Shown piece by piece: positions 57,695 through 64,000 of a stretch of 64,000 nucleotides of DNA. The position numbers were made by a program, and so were the translations under genes. The stretch spans positions 17,076-81,075 of the forward strand of contig JAFWXW010000027.1 in assembly GCA_017517845.1 (NCBI GenBank), written 5' to 3'. The notes below the pieces were generated by a model. The model saw nothing but the letters and a program-made list of their open reading frames with translations. It was not told the origin of the DNA and searched no databases. The first letter of the stretch is position 1; every line of letters starts with the position of its first letter. This stretch comes from Paludibacteraceae bacterium (GTDB lineage Bacteria > Bacteroidota > Bacteroidia > Bacteroidales > Paludibacteraceae).

Positions 57695-57966
57695 CGGGCT
57701 ATGCCCTCATGATTGCTGGCTGTGTATTAGCTTCGCTGAAGTTGCTTACGTTCGGCATAATCAAAGTAAACTTTGCTTCTGCTCTCACTAACTCGCAACA
57801 TTCGGCATAACTTAAGCAAGCTTAGTTCTGCTCTCACTTGCACAAATTACTCGCTTCGCTCGTGATTTTGCTCCCGTTCGGCAATGATTAAGTAAACTTA
57901 TCATTGCTCTCACTTACTCGCAAAATTCCTAACTCCTAACTCCTAACTCCTAACTATTAACTATTA
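57695..57966 (+). repeat. mosaic repeat element, locus C (three tandem hairpin units plus heptamer tail)
   Basis: Units 57751-57800, 57801-57846, 57847-57925 each carry TTCGGCA-hairpin-TGCTCTCACT...; Mb 57847-57861, Mc 57864-57876; heptamers 57926-57966. Confidence 0.9.
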
Positions 57967-58383
57967 TCGTAGTCTATCAAGCGAGCGAACTAACGCTTCA
58001 TCCTTCCCTATGGCACGAATAGCTAGATATGTTAATATGATATTAATGAACGGAATTGCAAAAACGCCTAAAATATGTGTTGGAAGTACTTCTTCTACTG
58101 TGTAATTAGATTTAAAATAGAAGAAATATGCCACCATACTAATGATTTGGAATATCATTAATATTATATTAAAACTATTTACTCGCATCTGTAAAATGCG
58201 TTTTTTAAATAGGAAAATACTAATAAAAGATACGATAGGAATTAATACTGTAAGACCTGCGTAAATGTAACAGTTATCAAGACCTAAAGTAAGTCCTTTT
58301 ACACTAGCAAAGGGACTACAACATTGAAAAATGCCTAAGGCAGTAACAATGAATAAATAAATACTTTGGATACGTTGAATCAT
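57964..58383 (-). CDS. multi-pass membrane protein (resembles DUF4293)
   Basis: Four hydrophobic helices; start at ATG 58383 (MIQRIQSIYLF); stop codon lies in a degenerate heptamer unit. Confidence 0.55.
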   Translation of the reverse strand: MIQRIQSIYLFIVTALGIFQCCSPFASVKGLTLGLDNCYIYAGLTVLIPIVSFISIFLFKKRILQMRVNSFNIILMIFQIISMVAYFFYFKSNYTVEEVLPTHILGVFAIPFINIILTYLAIRAIGKDEALVRSLDRLR

Positions 58384-58400
58384 AGCGTCGCAAAGATACA

Positions 58401-58440
58401 AAAAAAACCGCAAAGCTGAGCTTTACGGTTTATTTTTTTT
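58401..58440 (-). terminator. hairpin terminator after the small acidic protein gene
   Basis: CCGCAAAGC-TGA-GCTTTACGG flanked by A7 and T-run. Confidence 0.55.
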
Positions 58441-58450
58441 GTTCAAGAAA

Positions 58451-58642
58451 TTATTCAGCAACAACTGAGTCTGCAACTTCAGCAACTTCTTCTACAACTT
58501 CTACGATAGAGTCAGCAACTTCAGCAACTTCTTCAACTGCAACTTCTTCTACAACTGCTTCTTCAGCATTTTCTTGGCATGCATTGCAAGATGCGAAAGC
58601 GATAGCAACTGCAGCAGCTACGAATAAAACGATTTTTTTCAT
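58451..58642 (-). CDS. small acidic repeat lipoprotein
   Basis: Signal/lipobox AFASC; repeated EEVAEVADS(I/V)V; -7 box CAAAGATA (plus strand) at 58690-58697. Confidence 0.45.
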   Translation of the reverse strand: MKKIVLFVAAAVAIAFASCNACQENAEEAVVEEVAVEEVAEVADSIVEVVEEVAEVADSVVAE

Positions 58643-58744
58643 TTTTCTTAGATTTAAATATTAAACAACTGTTGTTTTTTTTGACGCTACAAAGATAATT
58701 ATAACTAAAAATGCTTTAAAACATATTAAGTTAAAAAACGTTAA

Positions 58745-60412
58745 TTAAACTTGTATGTTTGTATATAGGTATCTTTTAATACTTTTCTTAGGAGTTTTTT
58801 CAAATTCTGTAGGATAAAGTATTAATTTGGTGATGCCTTCATAAGAAGCTACTATGCTGTTAAGATTCTTTCTGTTTTCTTCCATTACCAATTCTAGGTC
58901 TTTTGTACTAATACAAGCAGAATCTACAGCCTCAAAGTCTGGATATACCAAACCATATAGTTTGCCTTCTTTTTCTATCACGATGCTTTCCAAAACAAAA
59001 GGCATGTTGTTTAATTTGGCTTCTATTTCTTCTGGATAGATATTTTGGCCATTAGCACCCAAAAGCATTGTTTTGCAACGACCTTTTATAAAGATAAATC
59101 CTTCTTCGTCTATCACACCCACGTCACCAGTTTTTAACCAACCATCTTCTGTAAAGGTATCTTTACTAGCTTCCACATTTTTGTAATAGCCACTCATAAC
59201 ATTTTCGCCACGCACTTGTATTTCACCTGCCACATTATAAGGGTCTGTAGAATCTATTCTTACCTCCATAGTGTCAAGGATTTTGCCAGAAGCACCAGGC
59301 TTGTTTTCTTGCCAGTTTGCATAACTGATAAGAGGAGCACATTCTGTCATACCATAACCAACAGTGAAACGGAAGTTTATTCTTCTTAAGAAGTCTTCTA
59401 CTTCTTTGTTTAATGGGGCTCCGCCAATAATAATTTCTTTGAATTCATTGCCAAATGCTGTATGAAGTTTTTTGCTTATTTGACCATAAATCTTATTATC
59501 AACCAATGGAATATTAAGTGCCATCTTCATACTTCTTTTGTTCAATTGTGGTTGAAGTTGTTTTCTATAGATTTTTTCTAGAATTAGTGGCACAGTGAAA
59601 ATCATGGTAGGGCGAATTTCTTCAAATGCTTTCAAAAGGACCTTTGGACTAGGTATCTTATTCAAAAGGTAAACGTGTGTACCACAACAAGTAGCAGTTA
59701 AAAAGTCGAATGCCATACCGTATGCATGTGCAAGTGGTAAGAAGTTCAAAACTCTGTCACCACGTTGTAAAAGTTTGGTACGAATACCAAATGTAATATT
59801 GCCAGCTAGGGCGTTTGCAGAAATCATAACACCTTTGCTGAAACCAGTTGTACCAGAAGTGTAACTAATCATTACTAATTCTGTATTGTCACGTTCTGCG
59901 TATGAAATATCATCTGGAGTATATCCCTTAGGATATTTTTCGTTGAATTTTTCATCTAGGCTCAACATGATTTTCTGGATTCCTTGACCATCTTTTTGGT
60001 GCACACAACGGAAGTCATCAAGAGAGAAAATTCCGTTTAGGTTTTCCATTTTTTCTTCTTCAAGTTTATCCCAAATATTGTCGCTACAGAATAAAAGAAC
60101 AGAATCTGAGTGATTTACTATGTGGTGAATATCGTTGGCATTAAAGTCTTGTAGAATAGGAACAATAACTGCCCCGTATGTAACAGCAGCAACGTATGTA
60201 AGTGTCCAGTTTGGAGTGTTTTTGCCGATAAGAGAGATCTTATCACCAGGTTGAATTTGCAACTCGTCAAATAAAAGGTGAAGTTTAGCTATTTGTGTAG
60301 CAGCTTCTCCATAAGTTAGAGTTTGTTTTTTGTAATAATTTGTATAAGCAGGTAGTTCCCAGTTTGTTTTGAAACTATGCTCAAAAAGCTTGATAAGATT
60401 TTGTTCAATCAT
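58745..60412 (-). CDS. AMP-dependent synthetase / long-chain acyl-CoA ligase
   Basis: YTSGTTGFSKGV, GYGMTE, TGDVGVID; start at ATG 60412 (MIEQNL), consistent with the -7 box at 60439-60446. Confidence 0.85.
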   Translation of the reverse strand: MIEQNLIKLFEHSFKTNWELPAYTNYYKKQTLTYGEAATQIAKLHLLFDELQIQPGDKISLIGKNTPNWTLTYVAAVTYGAVIVPILQDFNANDIHHIVNHSDSVLLFCSDNIWDKLEEEKMENLNGIFSLDDFRCVHQKDGQGIQKIMLSLDEKFNEKYPKGYTPDDISYAERDNTELVMISYTSGTTGFSKGVMISANALAGNITFGIRTKLLQRGDRVLNFLPLAHAYGMAFDFLTATCCGTHVYLLNKIPSPKVLLKAFEEIRPTMIFTVPLILEKIYRKQLQPQLNKRSMKMALNIPLVDNKIYGQISKKLHTAFGNEFKEIIIGGAPLNKEVEDFLRRINFRFTVGYGMTECAPLISYANWQENKPGASGKILDTMEVRIDSTDPYNVAGEIQVRGENVMSGYYKNVEASKDTFTEDGWLKTGDVGVIDEEGFIFIKGRCKTMLLGANGQNIYPEEIEAKLNNMPFVLESIVIEKEGKLYGLVYPDFEAVDSACISTKDLELVMEENRKNLNSIVASYEGITKLILYPTEFEKTPKKSIKRYLYTNIQV

Positions 60413-60438
60413 TTTTGCACAAATTTTAAAATTCTGTG

Positions 60439-60446
60439 CAAAAATA
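60439..60446 (-). promoter_or_regulatory. -7 box (CAAAAATA on plus strand)
   Basis: 26 nt upstream of ATG 60412. Confidence 0.4.
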
Positions 60447-60523
60447 TAAAAAAAATGAGAGATATGCAAAAATATCTCTCAAAAAGTATGTTTTACAGCA
60501 TATTTGTTACAAATTTAATACAA

Positions 60524-60702
60524 TTACTCGCTACGCTCACTCCTCATTGCCTACGGCGATTTTGCTCCCGCTCGGCATAATCAAAATAAATTTTGCTTCT
60601 GCTCTCACTTACTCGCAAAATTATTCCCTTCGGTCATCAACTCGTCCTAACTCCTAACTCCTAATTCCTAACTCCTAATTCCTAACTCCTAACTCCTAAC
60701 TA
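60524..60702 (+). repeat. mosaic repeat element, locus D
   Basis: Mb 60524-60538, Mc 60558-60570, Md 60571-60622, eight heptamers 60644-60699 plus CTA, which is the nadE TAG stop. Confidence 0.9.
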
Positions 60703-61488
60703 TATCCCGTATTCCTCTAAGAAATAGTCAGGTAAATTTGGTAGGAATGCAGGCAATTGCACCGCATGAAGTTTAAACTGCATAAACTTATACCTATTTA
60801 TTATCTTCTCATAGTGTTCACCCACTTCATTTAATCTAATTACTTGATTAATTTCATGGTAGGTCCAGCCTAAATTGTCTTCGTCAGTCTTTCCGCACAT
60901 GCCATCAGAAGGTGCTTTGTGAGTAAGGTCAAATGGGAGTCCTAAATAATCACCCATTGCCACAACTTCTTCTGTGGTAAGTTTTGCCACAGGAGCAAAG
61001 TCACCAGCACTATCTCCATAATGAGTAGAATATCCTTGAACATCTTCTGAACGATTACAAGTATTTACCACGCGTGCGTTACCTATTATCGCACCTATTC
61101 CATATAGTGTAGTCATACGTAGTCGGGCAGGGGTGTTTGTAAGGTATTGAGGACTCAAGGATTCTAGATCCAACTTTGATTTTATTTCTTCTGTTAGTCC
61201 ATTGTAGGCATTGTTTATATTAATAGTAATATGAGGGATTTGTAAGAAATCTACTATTTTTTGTGAATCGGAGATATCTGGTTGTATCCCATTGGGCATC
61301 ATAACACCCAAAATACGTTCTTTGCCTATAGCTTTGGCACACAATGCTGCCACCACAGTAGAATCTTTTCCACCGCTAATGCCAATGACCACTTTGGTGG
61401 AATCATTTCCATTTTTACTCATCCATTCTTGTATCCATTTGATACAAGAGTCAGTGATTTGTGCTACATTAAATACGTATGGTTTCAT
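60700..61488 (-). CDS. nadE: NAD(+) synthase (ammonia-dependent type)
   Basis: PP-loop GISGGKDSTVV; start at ATG 61488 gives an ATGA overlap with the galE stop. Confidence 0.85.
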   Translation of the reverse strand: MKPYVFNVAQITDSCIKWIQEWMSKNGNDSTKVVIGISGGKDSTVVAALCAKAIGKERILGVMMPNGIQPDISDSQKIVDFLQIPHITININNAYNGLTEEIKSKLDLESLSPQYLTNTPARLRMTTLYGIGAIIGNARVVNTCNRSEDVQGYSTHYGDSAGDFAPVAKLTTEEVVAMGDYLGLPFDLTHKAPSDGMCGKTDEDNLGWTYHEINQVIRLNEVGEHYEKIINRYKFMQFKLHAVQLPAFLPNLPDYFLEEYGI

Positions 61489-62504
61489 TTTTTGCCCAAT
61501 TTTTCTTGCCAACGCCATGCAGAAAGTAGAGTTTCTTCTACAGACTTTTCTGCTTTCCAACCTAGTTCTGTGTTAGCCCAAGTAGGGTCTGCCCAAACTT
61601 GTTCTATATCTCCTGCACGTCTGCCTACTATTTTATAGTTGAGTTTTACTCCAGTTACTTTTTGGAAAACATCTATAATTTCTAATACAGAAAGACCTTT
61701 ACCAGTACCTATATTAAATATTTCAACAGGTTTTTTATTTAATTTTTCAGAAAGTCTTTTTACTGCTACAACGTGAGCCTTAGCCAAGTCTGTAACATTA
61801 ATATAGTCACGAATACATGAACCATCTGGAGTGTTGTAATCATCGCCGAATACACTTAAACATTCTCTAATACCAGCAGCAGTTTGGGTGACGTATGGAA
61901 TAAGGTTTTGAGGCACACCTATTGGAAGTTCACCTATTTCTGCACTTTCGTGAGCACCTATTGGGTTGAAGTAACGTAATAGGATGGCAGAAATATTTCC
62001 GTCTGCACTCACAGTGTCTGTGATAATTTCTTCGCAAATCTGTTTGGTATTGCCGTATGGCGAAAGAGCTGTTTGGATAGGTGCGTTTTCGGTAACAGGA
62101 AGTATTTCTGGTTGTCCGTAAACAGTACAAGAAGATGAAAAAACTATGTTTTTAATTTCATGTTTCTTCATAAGTTCTAGCAAGTTTATCAGTGAAACTA
62201 GATTGTTTCTGTAGTACAAAAGTGGATTCTCTACAGATTCGCCTACTGCCTTGCTTGCCGCAAAGTGTATAATGGAATCAATGCCTTTGTTTTCTTCCAT
62301 TAGTTTATCCAATGCGTCTTTGTCTCTACAATCTATTTCGTAAAATTTAGGTCTTACGCCACAGATTTTTTCGATACCATCTAGCACTCCAATGTTTGAG
62401 TTTGAAAGGTTGTCTACAATTATTGGCTCGCAACCTGCGTTTATAAGTTCTACCACAGTGTGTGAACCAATAAAACCAGTACCTCCAGTTACTAAAATTT
62501 TCAT
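61485..62504 (-). CDS. galE: UDP-glucose 4-epimerase
   Basis: VTGGTGFIGSH, catalytic YGNTK; 339 aa. Confidence 0.92.
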   Translation of the reverse strand: MKILVTGGTGFIGSHTVVELINAGCEPIIVDNLSNSNIGVLDGIEKICGVRPKFYEIDCRDKDALDKLMEENKGIDSIIHFAASKAVGESVENPLLYYRNNLVSLINLLELMKKHEIKNIVFSSSCTVYGQPEILPVTENAPIQTALSPYGNTKQICEEIITDTVSADGNISAILLRYFNPIGAHESAEIGELPIGVPQNLIPYVTQTAAGIRECLSVFGDDYNTPDGSCIRDYINVTDLAKAHVVAVKRLSEKLNKKPVEIFNIGTGKGLSVLEIIDVFQKVTGVKLNYKIVGRRAGDIEQVWADPTWANTELGWKAEKSVEETLLSAWRWQEKLGKK

Positions 62505-62536
62505 ATTATCGTTGTTTTGTATTGTTTATTTGTTTA

Positions 62537-62716
62537 GATGCACACCCTATGGGCGTGCCCTTTGGGGTCTATTATATACAGGCGTTGCGCTACGCTTAAC
62601 ACCTGCCTACTTAGAGAAAAACCCCTACGGGGTTGAATTAATTCCTAATTACTCGCTTCGCTCGGCATAGTTCAAACAAGTTTGACTCTGCTCTCGTTTG
62701 CACATTAATTCCTAAC
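62537..62716 (+). repeat. mosaic repeat element, locus E (fills the def-galE spacer)
   Basis: Ma 62539-62557, Mb 62649-62663, Md 62661-62710, single TTCCTAAC unit 62709-62716 that encodes the last codons of def. Confidence 0.85.
62615..62634 (-). terminator. weak terminator-like hairpin inside repeat locus E
   Basis: Minus strand AACCCC-GTA-GGGGTT followed by TTTTCTC; short stem. Confidence 0.3.
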
Positions 62717-63253
62717 TTTATAATGCGTTCTCACCTTGCCTTTGCTTAGCGAAGAAAGTTTTGAAGATATCATTTGTCTGCGGATAGGAGAGATTCTATC
62801 AACAAACACGTGACCCATTAGGTGATCGTATTCGTGTTGAATGGCACGAGCCTCAAAACCAGAATAAGTTTCAGTTTTTTCTACCCAGTTTTCATCAAAA
62901 TAATGAATGGTAACAGAAAGTGAGCGTGGTACTCTCTCAGATATTCCAGGAATGCTTAAACAACCCTCTTCCTTGCTTTCTTTTTCTTCACTAAAGAAAG
63001 TAATTTCTGGATTAATAAATACCTTTTTAAAGTTTGCCCATTCTGGATTTTCGTCCTTTATAATACTTAAATCTACAATAAACAATTTTATAGGTAATCC
63101 TATCTGTGGGGCAGCAAGACCCACACCCTCTGCTCTCTCCAATGTTTTAAACATATCTTCTATAAGAGTAGGGAGCTCAGGATAATCTTTGGTAATAGGT
63201 TCTGCTTGTTTTTTTAAAACTGAATTTCCGTAAATAACTATAGGGTATATCAT
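62705..63253 (-). CDS. def: peptide deformylase
   Basis: GLAAPQIG, EGCLSIPG, QHEYDHL metal-binding motifs. Confidence 0.9.
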   Translation of the reverse strand: MIYPIVIYGNSVLKKQAEPITKDYPELPTLIEDMFKTLERAEGVGLAAPQIGLPIKLFIVDLSIIKDENPEWANFKKVFINPEITFFSEEKESKEEGCLSIPGISERVPRSLSVTIHYFDENWVEKTETYSGFEARAIQHEYDHLMGHVFVDRISPIRRQMISSKLSSLSKGKVRTHYKVRN

Positions 63254-63672
63254 ATACTGTATTTTTTGAATTCTAAGTAATCTTGTAATATAATAGTTGC
63301 ACTAATTTCATCTACTAATGCTTTGTTCTGTCTGTCTTTTTTCTTTAAACCACCATCTAGCATTGCTTTATGGGCAAGTACAGAAGTGAAACGCTCATCG
63401 GAGTACTCTATAGGCATATTGGGCAAGCGTTTTTTTAGCGTTGCAACAAAAGGTTTTATGTACTTCATAGACTCAGAAGGTTGATTGTTCATTTGTTTTG
63501 GTAGCCCAACAATGATTCTTTCAACGTTTTCTTTACTAACGTAGTTACAAATAAAGTCAACGATATTTGCAGAAGGAACAGTAGTTAGTCCATTTGCAAT
63601 AAGTTGAAGAGGGTCTGTTACGGCAACACCCACTCTTTTTCTTCCATAATCTATTGCCAAAATTCTTCCCAT
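63250..63672 (-). CDS. ruvX: Holliday junction resolvase-like RuvX/YqgF
   Basis: ILAIDYGRKRVGVAVTD N-terminus; start at ATG 63672. Confidence 0.85.
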   Translation of the reverse strand: MGRILAIDYGRKRVGVAVTDPLQLIANGLTTVPSANIVDFICNYVSKENVERIIVGLPKQMNNQPSESMKYIKPFVATLKKRLPNMPIEYSDERFTSVLAHKAMLDGGLKKKDRQNKALVDEISATIILQDYLEFKKYSI

Positions 63673-63715
63673 ATAGAATGCAAAGTTACAGAAAATCAAT
63701 TAAATTATCAATATA

Positions 63716-64000
63716 TTATCTTCTTTCTCCAAAAAACAACTCATTAATTATTTTAGTGAGTTGTTTGTTTATAAAATCATTTGGATTATTATAGATAACG
63801 TAATCTGCTAATTCACATTTTCTTTGGTCGCAGATTTGATTTTTTATTCTTTCTTCTATGCTTTTACGGTCTGTAAGGTCACGTTTCATGCTTCTTAAGA
63901 TGCGAGTTTCTTTATCTGCATAAATCATAATAACCTTATCAACTTTTTTGTTGAAACCACTTTCAAATAGAATAGCACTTTCTATAAATACCATGTCATG
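63716..64000 (-). CDS. coaE: dephospho-CoA kinase, C-terminal part (gene continues beyond window)
   Basis: ESAILFESGFNKKVDKVIMIYADKETRILRSMKRD; frame open to base 64000. Confidence 0.7.
   Translation of the reverse strand, partial: HDMVFIESAILFESGFNKKVDKVIMIYADKETRILRSMKRDLTDRKSIEERIKNQICDQRKCELADYVIYNNPNDFINKQLTKIINELFFGERR

Noticed and set aside
57751-57925. CRISPR array interpretation of the three tandem hairpin units
   Set aside because: The units are directly adjacent with no unique spacers, unit lengths differ (50, 46 and 79 nt), there are no cas genes in the window, and the same unit occurs singly at other loci.

Overview
AT-rich window (roughly one-third GC by eye) that looks like a Bacteroidota, Bacteroidales-like, chromosome. 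Supporting signs are TAnnTTTG -7 promoter boxes, T9SS C-terminal sorting tails, DUF1573, FISUMP and BspA-type LRR surface proteins, and a tandem ExbD pair. I call about 63 protein genes, mostly housekeeping: folB, fabG, rnc-fabF-acpP, rsmD, dapB, lepB, recO, argH, pyrE, pgm, parE, lspA, ileS, nadE, galE, def, ruvX, coaE. I found no rRNA, tRNA, CRISPR array, transposase or integrase. Accessory content: (1) a ~6.9 kb Type III R-M (mod-res) plus an AlbA_2/HATPase_c_4 gene, wedged between an EEP-family gene and rsmD, and preceded by a GC-rich, rod-like structured leader or ncRNA with its own intrinsic terminator. (2) A Panacea (DUF4065)-type antitoxin translationally coupled to an unrecognised 156-aa protein. 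(3) A RhuM-family gene cassette bracketed by a duplicated ~36-bp terminator hairpin. (4) A T9SS-cargo operon behind a terminator-containing leader. The most unusual signal is a mosaic, GC-richer repeat family with at least five or six loci. It is built from shared modules, a covarying hairpin unit and a (CTCCTAA)n heptamer tail. The tails butt against or supply the stop codons of four genes. One copy is inserted in frame (49 codons) inside a glycosyltransferase gene, and the two heptamers whose TAA would be in frame there read TCA. All family names rest on motifs read by eye; no database search was run.
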